A stretch of DNA of 64,000 bases from Elainellaceae cyanobacterium (GCA_051117335.1 JBNPEB010000044.1:39412-103411); one strand, 5' to 3'; positions 52,959 to 63,016 are shown, counted from the stretch's first letter. Numbers and translations: made by a program. The notes: a model not told the origin generated them from the letters alone.

Positions 52959-54641
52959 TCAAATCTTGCAGAGAATTGAGATCTCGAATGGTTGCAGAGT
53001 TTCTAGAAGAGTGATTACTTTTTCAGTTGAATAACAGTTCGACAGCAACACCTGCCATCCATCGGGGTCAACGGGTCTGTCTACGGTGAAAGGCTTCTCA
53101 TAAGAGAAATTGATAATCACCAAAACGGTTTCATTTTCGGTGGTTCTGGTATAAGCCAAATGCTCGTAAGGATAGTAAATCAGCGTCTCCCATCTCCCTC
53201 TTCGCAATGCTTCACTGGCTTTGCGAACTTGGATGAGTTGCCGATAAAAGTTGAGAATGGAGTCGTCATCAGCGAACTCGGCTTTGACATTGATCTCATG
53301 ATAGTTTTCATGCACCGGGAGCCACGGCTCAATATCCTTGCCAAAGCTGAAGCCAGCCTGGGCAGAATCATCCCACTGCATCGGCGATCGCGCGCCATCG
53401 CGGGGCGGTGGGACTTCTCCCGTTTCACTCAACACAATTGCGTGATCGCGTCGTTTTTCAGGGGGAATATCGGTGTTATCCACCATACCCAATTCCTGAC
53501 CATAGTAGAGGATGGGCGTTCCTCGAACGGTGAGCAGTAATGTTGCAGCCGCTTTGGCGATCGCCACCGTATCGACACACAGACTACATTCCACCCATCG
53601 AGATAAATGCCGGGGAATATCATGGTTGTCTAAGAAGTACGTCGGACATGCATTAGCGGGTGTCATCAACTCCTTCTTTTCGATTTCTCGCTGCAAGTAG
53701 CCGGGGTACCAAGGGCTAAACGGAAATTCAAAGGCAAACGGTAGATGAAGCTCATCGTGGTGGGCTCCATAGAAAATGATGGAATCATAGAGACGATTGT
53801 CGATGAAAGTTTCTCCGAGCAAGACGCGATCGCCATAGTCATCTAAAATGCTGCGAATTTCTCGGATGATGTGATGATTTTCGGGTAGATTCTTTTCGTA
53901 AAGGTGGTGAAAGTTGTTATAAGAATTTTTGTCAGAGGCACCAAACTTGATGGGATTATCCCGAAAATATTCGTCTTTGCTGTAGACACTTGAGGCATCC
54001 AGGCGAAACCCATCAACTCCTTTGTCTAACCAAAATCGAACAATATCATGAATTGCCTGTTTAACGTCAGGATTGCGCCAGTTTAGGTCGGGTTGGTTTT
54101 CATTAAACGTATGGAAATAGTATTGCTCTCGACTGGGAACATACTCCCAACCCGTGCCGCCAAAGTAGGATAACCAATTATTCGGGACACCGCCACCCGG
54201 ATACGGATCTAACCAGAGATACCAGTCCCGCTTCGAATTATCTCGACTCGAACTCGACTCAACAAACCACGGATGCTGATTAGACGTATGGTTTAGCACC
54301 AAGTCTAAAATGATTTTGATGCCTCGTTTATGAGCCTTTTCTAGTAAGAGTTCAAAGTCTTTTAGGTCGCCAAACGTCGGACAGATATCTGTATAATCAC
54401 TGATATCATAGCCGTTGTCTACCATTGGAGATTTGTTAATTGGCGAGAGCCAAATAGCATCGATTCCTAATGAAGTTAGACTATTTGGATTCCCATCATT
54501 AAGGTAGTCCAACCGTTTGATAATTCCTTGAAGATCCCCTGTGCCATCCCCGTTTCCGTCTGCAAACGTGAGTGGATAAATCTGATAAATGATGCCAGAT
54601 TCCCACCACGTGTTATCTTGACCAGTCGTCGTTTGATTCAT
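52959..54641 (-). CDS. GH13 alpha-glucosidase / oligo-1,6-glucosidase family
   Basis: IIYQIYPLTFADGNGDGTGDLQGI, GIKIILDLVLNHTS, GFRLDA and YFLDNHD catalytic-region motifs; 560 aa. Confidence 0.85.
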   Translation of the reverse strand: MNQTTTGQDNTWWESGIIYQIYPLTFADGNGDGTGDLQGIIKRLDYLNDGNPNSLTSLGIDAIWLSPINKSPMVDNGYDISDYTDICPTFGDLKDFELLLEKAHKRGIKIILDLVLNHTSNQHPWFVESSSSRDNSKRDWYLWLDPYPGGGVPNNWLSYFGGTGWEYVPSREQYYFHTFNENQPDLNWRNPDVKQAIHDIVRFWLDKGVDGFRLDASSVYSKDEYFRDNPIKFGASDKNSYNNFHHLYEKNLPENHHIIREIRSILDDYGDRVLLGETFIDNRLYDSIIFYGAHHDELHLPFAFEFPFSPWYPGYLQREIEKKELMTPANACPTYFLDNHDIPRHLSRWVECSLCVDTVAIAKAAATLLLTVRGTPILYYGQELGMVDNTDIPPEKRRDHAIVLSETGEVPPPRDGARSPMQWDDSAQAGFSFGKDIEPWLPVHENYHEINVKAEFADDDSILNFYRQLIQVRKASEALRRGRWETLIYYPYEHLAYTRTTENETVLVIINFSYEKPFTVDRPVDPDGWQVLLSNCYSTEKVITLLETLQPFEISILCKI

Positions 54642-54872
54642 AGTTTGATTCTACTGGTTTGTGATGAATGCAGATTTGGAGGGGCGATCGCACTTTCTCG
54701 AATGTCGAGACATTCTTCATAATCGAAGCACGTATCCAACACTGCGAATATTCTGAATCAGGCGAGTGGGGTTGTGCTGTTCAAGTTTTTGGCGCAGGGT
54801 ATAAATATAAACTTCGATGATCCGCAACCACAATGATACGCGAGACGAGTGAGCGTAAGGCTATAGTTGGTG

Positions 54873-56060
54873 CTATGTAGTCGAAGAGACATAGTCAAAC
54901 AAAGTCGCAAGTCCTAACCCGCCGCCGATGCCCAAGGTTGCCAAGCCTCGCTGTGCTGAACCGTTTGCATGATGCCGTCTGACCAATTCTGTAAATAATC
55001 GAGTGACGAGAATTGCACCAGATGCCCCATAGGGATGCCCTAGGGCGATCGCCCCTCCTCCGACATTCACAATGTCATGGGAAATATCTAAACAATCTAA
55101 ACACGCCAGTACCTGAGCAGCGAATGCTTCGTTAAATTCGATCCGCTCAATCTCATTGAGCTTTAAATGTGGATGGCGGTTCAAAAGTTTTCGGATGGCA
55201 GCAACAGGTCCCATGCCTAAAATAGTGGGGTCAACCCCGGCGGCAACCGCATCCACGACGCGCAGCCCCGATCGCACTTTCATGGAGCGAAACAAGCGAT
55301 CAGATACCATCAAAACGGCAGCTGCACCATCGTTGATCGGGCACGCATTGCCTACTGTGACAGTTCCATCGGCTTGAAAGGCGGGTGGAAGCTTGCCAAG
55401 GCGCTGCACTGTGAGGTTGGGGCGGGGACATTCATCAGTATCTACTACCGTCATTGCAGACAGGTGAATCGGCACGATTTCATCATGAAAGCGCCCCGTG
55501 TAGATCGAGGCCAAGGCATGTTGGTGGCTGCGAACGGCATACTCATCTTGGCGATCGCGGCTGATGTGGTAGGTTTGTGCAACGGTTTCTGCGGCAACTC
55601 CCATATCAGGATCACCGATTGCCTCGGGTGCAAAGCGGGCGCGATGGGTAAATTGGGGCAACTCATAGAGCGATCGCGGCTTATCGATGCGCCACGGAGC
55701 CGTGCTGACGCTCTCAACGCCACCCGCAATGTAAATGTCTCCAGCACCCGCTTGAATCAATCGAGCCGCTAGATTAATCGCTTCTAGCCCCGAGCCACAT
55801 TGGCGATCGACCGTAACCCCCGCAACGGTGACGGGAAACCCGGCGGTGAGCAGGGCAAGTCGGGCAGGATTGCCCCCGGGGCCTACTGCATTTCCTAAAA
55901 TCACCTCATTGACTTGGTGGGGGTCTATGTCCGCATCCTGCACGAGCGCATTTAAGACGGGAGCCATCAGCGCCTCAACTGGCAACGATTTCAATGAGCC
56001 TCCGACTCGACCGATGGGAGTGCGGCGGGCGGCAATAATGATTGCATGGGGGCTAGGCAT
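54873..56060 (-). CDS. Acetyl-CoA C-acyltransferase (thiolase II)
   Basis: Thiolase active-site Cys region (VDRQCGSGLEA), NEAFA, and the C-terminal GGGLG; 395 aa. Confidence 0.9.
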   Translation of the reverse strand: MPSPHAIIIAARRTPIGRVGGSLKSLPVEALMAPVLNALVQDADIDPHQVNEVILGNAVGPGGNPARLALLTAGFPVTVAGVTVDRQCGSGLEAINLAARLIQAGAGDIYIAGGVESVSTAPWRIDKPRSLYELPQFTHRARFAPEAIGDPDMGVAAETVAQTYHISRDRQDEYAVRSHQHALASIYTGRFHDEIVPIHLSAMTVVDTDECPRPNLTVQRLGKLPPAFQADGTVTVGNACPINDGAAAVLMVSDRLFRSMKVRSGLRVVDAVAAGVDPTILGMGPVAAIRKLLNRHPHLKLNEIERIEFNEAFAAQVLACLDCLDISHDIVNVGGGAIALGHPYGASGAILVTRLFTELVRRHHANGSAQRGLATLGIGGGLGLATLFDYVSSTT

Positions 56061-56081
56061 GAGAAAATCGAGTCCGTTGAT

Positions 56082-57668
56082 TTAATGCAGTTCATTGTTG
56101 GATAGCTCGCCTCGCAAAATCTGCGCCTGCAACTGGGTGCGAGCTACTTTACCACTCGATGTGATGGGTATCGATTCTACAGTAAAGAAGCGACGCGGAC
56201 ATTTAGCGCTTCCAAGCCGTCCTTGAATGTGTCGAATTAAATCAGACCGGGTCAAGACTATTGAACGGCTCCAGGTGATGACAGCACAGATCAAATCTCC
56301 TCGACAATCATCGGGTAATCCTACTACTACTACTGTTTCAATCTGCGACAGTTGCAGAAGTACTGTCTCAATTTCAGATGGATAAACGTTCATGCCGCTG
56401 CTGATCAGCATGTCGTGCTCTCGTCCTACCAAATATAAGTATCCCTGTTCATCTATCCAGCCGCGATCGCCCACGGTCGCCCAGCCCTGCTCGATACGAA
56501 ACCCGGTTTTAGGATGCGGGTCTAGATAGCCCGAGCAAATCATCGGGCTTTGAATCCCAATCCAGCCGATTTCCCCAACTGCCGCCGCACCGCTTCCATC
56601 ATCCTGCTGCACCGAGACTTGCACGCCATGAAAGGCTCGCCCAACTGACTCTGGCGGCACGGGCTCCCGAGACGAGGCCAAGCTGACGAAGCTCAGCTCG
56701 GATGCGCCGTAATATTCCATCACATCTGCACGGGGAAACGTGGTGGTGAGTCGATGTCGGAGAGACGGGCTAAGTTTTGACCCACCCACAATCACGGTGT
56801 GCAGGTGAGGAATTGCAATGTGTTGGCGATTGGTAACTGTGGCGATCGCCCTGAGCACAGTCGGCACCGCAACGAGTCGAGTAATCGGAGCCTGCTGTAA
56901 CTGGTGCAGCACTGTTTTGGGGCTAAAGTACGGCAGAATATGCAGGCTAGCTCCCATTACCAACGCTTCAACTGCAGTATACAAAGAAAGGCTATGAACT
57001 AAAGCACCCGGCACCAATACATGATCATTGGACTTGATATGAAACTCGACGCGACTGGCAGCAAAGCTGTGACACCACGACTGATGGGTGCGGATGATGC
57101 CTTTGGGGTGTCCGGTGGTGCCCGACGTGAAACCGATATAGAACGGGTCGCTGCTGGCGATCGCCCGACTCTCTATCAAACTCGATTGAGAGAGCCAAGC
57201 AGCGTAGGCGATGACCTCGGAAGACTGCTCCATATTTGGGGCAATATCTGGGGCGATATCTGGGGCGATATCTAGGGCGATCGCCTTCATGCCCAAATCA
57301 CCCGCGCCGATTGCCTGCAACCGCCCCTCTTCGCCAATCAACGCATCGGGCATCCAGCGCCCTAAAATAGATTGAACCTGCGGCAGCGCCCAGTCTGGGT
57401 TCAGCACCATGACTACGCCCCCCGCCATTGCCGTACCCAAAAATACCTCCAGCAGCTCTATCCGATTGGGCAGCAAAACTCCTACCCATGGGCGTTGGTT
57501 CCGCTCGGTGATAGCGTCCCGGACGTTCAGAGACGCGATTATCCCCGCAACTTTCTCAACTCGATGCAGCAGTTCACCGTAAGTCACGGCTTGATGCCCC
57601 GCTGAAATAGCCACCTGCTGAGGATGGCGCTGAGCGTGGGCAACAAAATCGTCGGTGATGCTCGTCAT
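56082..57668 (-). CDS. AMP-dependent acyl-CoA synthetase/ligase
   Basis: AMP-binding motif (IGFTSGTTGHPKG), YGASE, and the C-terminal SSGK. It contains an in-frame DIAPDIAPDIAP tandem repeat. Confidence 0.8.
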   Translation of the reverse strand: MTSITDDFVAHAQRHPQQVAISAGHQAVTYGELLHRVEKVAGIIASLNVRDAITERNQRPWVGVLLPNRIELLEVFLGTAMAGGVVMVLNPDWALPQVQSILGRWMPDALIGEEGRLQAIGAGDLGMKAIALDIAPDIAPDIAPNMEQSSEVIAYAAWLSQSSLIESRAIASSDPFYIGFTSGTTGHPKGIIRTHQSWCHSFAASRVEFHIKSNDHVLVPGALVHSLSLYTAVEALVMGASLHILPYFSPKTVLHQLQQAPITRLVAVPTVLRAIATVTNRQHIAIPHLHTVIVGGSKLSPSLRHRLTTTFPRADVMEYYGASELSFVSLASSREPVPPESVGRAFHGVQVSVQQDDGSGAAAVGEIGWIGIQSPMICSGYLDPHPKTGFRIEQGWATVGDRGWIDEQGYLYLVGREHDMLISSGMNVYPSEIETVLLQLSQIETVVVVGLPDDCRGDLICAVITWSRSIVLTRSDLIRHIQGRLGSAKCPRRFFTVESIPITSSGKVARTQLQAQILRGELSNNELH

Positions 57669-58264
57669 GTCCGCAGGATAGGATAGGTTTTTTGCACCGT
57701 AACCGTGGCGATCGCAGCAATTACCACCTTAATTACATCGCCAGGAATAAAGACAGCAGCCCCAACGGCAGCGTCAGCGAGAGAAATCTGAGTGGCGATC
57801 GCCAGCCACGGAATACCGATCAGGTAAATCACGCCAATGCCCCCAATCAGGTTAAACAGAATCGCCAGCCCCAGATTGGTTCGCCGGGGCGATCGCTCAA
57901 ACAGCCAGCCAATCACAAATGCCGCGATCGGAAAGGCGAGCAAAAAACCGCCCGACGGCCCCAGGAAGACCCCAAAACCGCCCCGTCCGCCTGCCAGGAT
58001 GGGCAGCCCAACGGCAACCAGTGCCAAAAACAGCAGTAGCGCCAATCCGCCCCGCTTTGAGCCCAAGAGTGACCCTGCTAGCATCACCCCCAGACTTTGC
58101 GCCGTAACCGGCACTGGAATAAACGACAGCGGAATTGGCGGCAGCAGCCCCAAGGCGGCAATCAGGGCGGCAAATACGGCAACGTAGACAATATCTCGGG
58201 TGTTCATCGCATTTGGGATTGCTATAGAACTATTGACCATACCGGAAAATGGCGACGAATTCAC
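57665..58264 (-). CDS. bioY: Biotin ECF transporter S component BioY
   Basis: 199 aa, six TM helices. The BioY signature (PVPVTAQSLGVMLAGSLLGSKRG) is present. Confidence 0.8.
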   Translation of the reverse strand: MNSSPFSGMVNSSIAIPNAMNTRDIVYVAVFAALIAALGLLPPIPLSFIPVPVTAQSLGVMLAGSLLGSKRGGLALLLFLALVAVGLPILAGGRGGFGVFLGPSGGFLLAFPIAAFVIGWLFERSPRRTNLGLAILFNLIGGIGVIYLIGIPWLAIATQISLADAAVGAAVFIPGDVIKVVIAAIATVTVQKTYPILRT

Positions 58265-58869
58265 TCCTCATCTGCGTCATAACATCGAGCATCGAGCGCA
58301 TCCGCAAGACAATCCGCAAGGCGCAACACGCGAATGAGCACTGGCACCAATAAAGTAATCATCGGCGTATCAACGCCGCGTGCGCGTTGCGCTTCCTGCA
58401 CGTCGCGAATTTGCTCTAACAGCATCGGAATGAGCCGAATTGCCATCGAAATCATCAAGCTAATCTGGGCAGGTCGTACACCAAACCGCTTCAGCGGAGT
58501 CAACCCCCGTTCAATGGCGTCTACCATGTCAGATAGTTTGGTGGTGAGCGTCACCAGCGTGGCTAATAGTAGGAGCATGGCAAATCGGAGCACCAACACC
58601 ACGCCTACCAGCCAATGGGTCAACAGGGCATGAAGTATTAAAATGCCTGCAAACACCCAAACCAGTGCGCGGAGTTGTGCCCAAACCAGTCGTCTAGGTA
58701 GACGCGCAAGGCTCACCAGAATCATCACCACGCCCATCATGGCAACGAGAATTACGATATTTGAAATAAAAAAGACGCTAATCCCGGCGATCGCCATCCC
58801 AATCAGCTTGATGTGGGCGGGCAAGGCATGAATGGGAGACTCACGGGGTACAAACAATCCTAATGTCAT
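58261..58869 (-). CDS. ecfT: ECF transporter T component (EcfT/CbiQ family)
   Basis: 202 aa polytopic protein with the C-terminal Arg-containing coupling motif region. Overlaps bioY and ecfA by 4 nt each. Confidence 0.7.
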   Translation of the reverse strand: MTLGLFVPRESPIHALPAHIKLIGMAIAGISVFFISNIVILVAMMGVVMILVSLARLPRRLVWAQLRALVWVFAGILILHALLTHWLVGVVLVLRFAMLLLLATLVTLTTKLSDMVDAIERGLTPLKRFGVRPAQISLMISMAIRLIPMLLEQIRDVQEAQRARGVDTPMITLLVPVLIRVLRLADCLADALDARCYDADEE

Positions 58870-59540
58870 GACATGCGTTCAACATAATAGGGCAGGGCGA
58901 TCGCCGGTCTATCATCCATCACGATTTTTCCATCGTCAAACACTAGGACTCGATCTACGTCTTTCAGCAACTCCAAATCATGAGATACCACGATAGTAGG
59001 CTGGGGTAGATCTTGCAACACTTGGCGGATACGGTTACGATTTCGCAAGTCTAACAGGGTGGTAGGTTCATCAAAGACCAAATACCGAGGCTGCATTACC
59101 AAAACAGCGGCGATCGCCAGGAGCTGCTTTTCTCCTCCACTGAGCAAATGCGCCGGATGATAGCGGACTTCATTAAGCTGGTAGCGATCGAGAACGGCAT
59201 CGACTCGCTGTTGGATCGTGGCTTTGTCGAGCTTCAGGTTTTTTAACCCAAAAGCAATATCTTCTTCAACCGTAGGAAACACAATCTGGTTATCGGGGTT
59301 TTGAAACACAAAACCAACCTTGCGCCGCACGGCTTTGGCATCCCGATGCGTATCGACCCCGTCGACGAGAACGCGCCCCCGTTCGGGAATGAGGAGGCCA
59401 TTGAGTAAGCGAGCAAACGTACTCTTCCCTGACCCGTTGCTGCCCACAATTCCAAGCCGATGTTCGTTAAGACGCAAATGAATTGACTTGAGGACAGGGC
59501 GATCGCCAAATCGGTGACTGACTCCCTCCACTTCGATCAT
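58866..59540 (-). CDS. ecfA: ECF/ABC transporter ATP-binding protein (EcfA/CbiO/BioM)
   Basis: Walker A (GSNGSGKST), signature (LSGGEKQ) and Walker B (LVFDEPT); 224 aa. Confidence 0.85.
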   Translation of the reverse strand: MIEVEGVSHRFGDRPVLKSIHLRLNEHRLGIVGSNGSGKSTFARLLNGLLIPERGRVLVDGVDTHRDAKAVRRKVGFVFQNPDNQIVFPTVEEDIAFGLKNLKLDKATIQQRVDAVLDRYQLNEVRYHPAHLLSGGEKQLLAIAAVLVMQPRYLVFDEPTTLLDLRNRNRIRQVLQDLPQPTIVVSHDLELLKDVDRVLVFDDGKIVMDDRPAIALPYYVERMS

Positions 59541-59684
59541 GAGTCGACATTATCCAGCTTTGTCTGACAAGTTCTAGCAATTACCAACAAATCCAACAAA
59601 TTTGGAAACCTGCGTAAATTTTTCACGTCTATTACAGATAACTGTTTTCACAGCGTTGATCGATGTTGTCATGAGGAAACTATA

Positions 59685-59882
59685 ATGGGTCAACCTATTC
59701 AATGGAAAGAAGTCTGGATCATTCAAACATCATCAGGGATGATGATGGGCGAACACGGCGCTGTGATGTCGCTTCATGGTGCTATGAAATTTGATTCAAA
59801 AGATCAAGCCGAAGCGTGGATGGTCTCTACCCCAATAAATTTGAAGTCTGCCGTGGCTCAGAAAATCAGTGTTCGGCAGTGA
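59685..59882 (+). CDS. Small hypothetical protein (65 aa) with an SD-like sequence
   Basis: gaggaaa lies 6 nt upstream of the ATG. No homology recognised. Confidence 0.25.
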   Translation: MGQPIQWKEVWIIQTSSGMMMGEHGAVMSLHGAMKFDSKDQAEAWMVSTPINLKSAVAQKISVRQ

Positions 59883-60004
59883 GCCGACACGGAGTACAGT
59901 CCATAGCAGTTCACATTAATTGGGTGTACAGCTCACAGGTTAGATCGTCAGCGGGGTGCAAGAGGCGACATGATGTGAGCCTATGCAATGGTTCCCTAAT
60001 GTGG

Positions 60005-60050
60005 GGTAACTGTTCTAGCTTTTGATGCTAGTAAAGCTAGAACAGTTACC
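60005..60050. repeat. Perfect 18-bp inverted repeat (ggtaactgttctagcttt / aaagctagaacagttacc) with a 10-nt spacer
   Basis: Read directly from the sequence. There is no downstream U-tract on either strand. Confidence 0.8.
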
Positions 60051-60216
60051 TCGCATCAATTAGATGAGATAGATTCAATTGACTTTTGCAGAGACAGACT
60101 AATGTTTCTATCACGCCTGTTTCTATCACAACGTCTTGATTGATCGGCAACGCTAGGCAATGTCAGATTCTGATAGATTCTGATAGATTCTGATCAGCAT
60201 CAAACGATTCTGAATT

Positions 60217-61191
60217 GTGATCTCATCAAACCGCGTTGTTACTTATAGCCCTGCTTATACCCTCGTTCCAACCTACGAGTGCTTTAATCGCTGCACCTAC
60301 TGCAACTTTCGGGTTGACCCAGGGCAGGATGACTGGATGACGGTAGAGGCTGCCACGCAGATTCTCCACAGTTGCTCGTCGTCATCAGTGATTGAAATTC
60401 TCATTCTCAGCGGCGAAGTTCATCCTCAAAGCGCTCGTCGAGGGGCATGGTTTCAGCGAATTGCTGCAATCTGTGAGCGGGCATTGAGCTTAGGGTTTCT
60501 GCCCCACACCAATGCAGGGCCCCTGAGCTTTGATGAAATGTCACGGCTTAAGCAGATAAATGTGTCAATGGGGTTGATGCTGGAGCAAATGACGCCTGAC
60601 TTGCTCAATACAGTGCATCAATATGCGCCGAGTAAAGTGCCCGACCATCGTTTGCAGCAGTTGAAATGGGCGGGAGAACTACAGATTCCGTTTACGACTG
60701 GGTTGCTGTTAGGAATTGGTGAAACAGACGCCGACTGGGATGACACCCTGGCAGCGATCGCCCATGTCCATAGCCAGTATGGTCATATTCAAGAGGTGAT
60801 TCTTCAACCGCACAGTCCCGGCACTCACCAAAACCAGATTGGCGAGCCCTTTCCCTTAGAGAGATTAGTCGAGGGAGTGGCGATCGCCCGTCGTCTCCTT
60901 CCAGAGGATATTCGCTTGCAAATTCCTCCTAACCTCGTGTCAAACCCATCGCTATTGCTGGCCTGTTTAGAGGCAGGCGCGCGCGATTTGGGAGGCATCA
61001 GTCCAAAGGATGAAGTCAATCCCGACTACCCCCATCCGCATGTAGAGGCATTGATAGATATTTTAGAACCCGCCGGTTGGACGCTTCAGCCGCGTCTCCC
61101 CGTCTATCCGCAGTATGATGATTGGCTACCTCCCGACCTTCGTAAAGCAGTGTTCGAGTGGCGATCGCGCCTGTATTGTCCTCAGGTCTAG
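60217..61191 (+). CDS. cofG: 7,8-didemethyl-8-hydroxy-5-deazariboflavin (FO) synthase subunit CofG, radical SAM
   Basis: CxxxCxxC (CFNRCTYCNF) lies at the N-terminus. The ~320-aa CofG architecture is present, but no CofH-like second domain is fused. Confidence 0.8.
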   Translation: MISSNRVVTYSPAYTLVPTYECFNRCTYCNFRVDPGQDDWMTVEAATQILHSCSSSSVIEILILSGEVHPQSARRGAWFQRIAAICERALSLGFLPHTNAGPLSFDEMSRLKQINVSMGLMLEQMTPDLLNTVHQYAPSKVPDHRLQQLKWAGELQIPFTTGLLLGIGETDADWDDTLAAIAHVHSQYGHIQEVILQPHSPGTHQNQIGEPFPLERLVEGVAIARRLLPEDIRLQIPPNLVSNPSLLLACLEAGARDLGGISPKDEVNPDYPHPHVEALIDILEPAGWTLQPRLPVYPQYDDWLPPDLRKAVFEWRSRLYCPQV

Positions 61192-61331
61192 GCCGATATT
61201 CGGGTCATGCTTACGGATGATGCGATCGCCCGTGGGGCACGATAGGCTCATTCATAGTGCAATACAGATATACACTACCCCCCTGCACCGATGCAGACCA
61301 ACATTCATGGCGATCGCCGAGGACTCTTACC

Positions 61332-61574
61332 ATGCACCATATTCGTGTGAATAATTTTTCGATGCCTGCACTTGGGTTGGGAACCTACCAACTCGAAGGC
61401 AATGTTGCATTACGCATCGTCAAGCATGCGCTCAAGGTCGGCTATCGTCATCTCGATACGGCTCAGATGTACGGCAATGAAGCGGAGGGCGGGCGATTAG
61501 CGCCCTGCGAGGAAATGAGCGATTGGTGTCGCCCAGTGGAATCGCCCCCGATTGGGATGAACCCGATCCCGTGA
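61332..61574 (+). pseudogene. Aldo-keto reductase (DkgA/DkgB-like) N-terminal remnant
   Basis: MPALGLGTYQL…ALKVGYRHLDTAQMYGNEAE matches the first ~60 aa of AKR enzymes. Similarity is then lost (frame change or deletion), and the MBL exonuclease gene begins 70 nt later. Confidence 0.55.
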
Positions 61575-61642
61575 TGGCAGTTTAAGTCAAAGGCATTCAC
61601 AATTAAAAGCATGAATTTGTTACGTCCCCTAACGCTGACACC

Positions 61643-62635
61643 ATGACACTTGTTAGAGTTCTCCGAGAAGGGCTTTATTGCGAGGCGGGTGGGTTCTTCA
61701 TTGACCCATGGCACCCCGTTGACCTGGCGCTCATCACCCACGTTCATTCTGATCATGCTCGTTCTGGCTCGACGCGATATATCGCCACCCAAATTTCAGA
61801 TGGAGTATTAAGAAAACGATTGGGCCGTGATGTCAATCTTCAAGGGGTTGAGTATGGTGAACGGCTCAAGCTAGGAGACACGTGGGTGTCCTTTCACCCA
61901 GCCGGACACGTGCTAGGCTCCGCGCAAATCCGCATTGAGCATAAAGACGAAGTATGGGTCATCTCGGGCGATTATAAACGCGGCGATGATCCAACGTGCG
62001 CCCCCTTTGAAGTAGTTCCCTGTGATGTATTTATTACAGAAGCAACGTTTGGCTTGCCGATTTACAACTGGGATTCAGGCACCGATATTTGTCAACGCAT
62101 TTATGACTGGTGGCAAGGCGATCAAGACCGAGCCTCGATTTTGTTTTGCTATGCCTTTGGCAAGGCTCAGCGCGTATTGAGCGAACTCACCCAATTTACC
62201 GATCGCCCCGTGTATGTCCACGGCGCAATTCAAATTCTCAATGAGGTCTACCGGGATGTGGGAGTAAAGATGCTCGCCACGATTCCCACCTCCGACATGC
62301 CGCGAACTCATAAATACACGGGCGATCTTGTCCTCTCTCCTCCCTCTGGACATCGCTCAAGCTGGATGAAACGCTTTGATCACCCCCAAACTGCGTTTGC
62401 ATCGGGTTGGATGGCAGTGCGGGGAGCACGACGACGACGAGGATATGAACGGGGATTTGTGCTGTCTGATCATGCAGACTGGCGTGGCTTGATTGACACC
62501 ATTCGTCAAACTGGAGCAACGACTGTCTACGTCACCCATGGGCATACCGACATTGTGTCTCGCTATGTCAACGAAACGCTAAGCATTAATGCAATGCCGT
62601 TGAAGACGCTGTTTGAAGGAGAAGGCGATATCTAA
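61643..62635 (+). CDS. MBL-fold exonuclease resembling 'ligase-associated DNA damage response exonuclease'
   Basis: HxHxDH motif (ITHVHSDHA), downstream H and D ligands (HPAGHVLGS, ISGDY), 330 aa, and no signal peptide. Confidence 0.55.
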   Translation: MTLVRVLREGLYCEAGGFFIDPWHPVDLALITHVHSDHARSGSTRYIATQISDGVLRKRLGRDVNLQGVEYGERLKLGDTWVSFHPAGHVLGSAQIRIEHKDEVWVISGDYKRGDDPTCAPFEVVPCDVFITEATFGLPIYNWDSGTDICQRIYDWWQGDQDRASILFCYAFGKAQRVLSELTQFTDRPVYVHGAIQILNEVYRDVGVKMLATIPTSDMPRTHKYTGDLVLSPPSGHRSSWMKRFDHPQTAFASGWMAVRGARRRRGYERGFVLSDHADWRGLIDTIRQTGATTVYVTHGHTDIVSRYVNETLSINAMPLKTLFEGEGDI

Positions 62636-63016
62636 CAGATTGGAATTGACTGTCTCAATTTACTCAATTCTGTCAGACGCGTTGTTATCTTAATTAGAAC
62701 GCCGATAATGGCTAGCAAGATAAAGGTTTGATTTGTAGCCATCGAAATTATTGCTGAAACGACAAACTCTGTAGAGGCGGGGTGAGATCATTTGACGTAG
62801 CGAAGCCATGCTGGTCAATCAGGGGATTCAGTTTAGACAAGGTGAAGTTTTGTTTCCGATAGTCGTAGAACTGGTTTAAAGATTGAATCTATAATCCTGT
62901 CAATGGAGAATCGAAGCATTTGGACTGGAAAATTTCGCCGCTTTTGCAGTCTTTTTGTCTGAAAGCTTTGCCAGATTTATGCGTTAACTGCCCTAAAACC
63001 TCAGGAGTTAAAATTT

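Noticed and set aside
61463-61792. 109-aa minus-strand ORF spanning the AKR remnant / exonuclease junction
   Set aside because: It is antisense to the AKR remnant and to the exonuclease start, and no domain was recognised. Likely non-coding.
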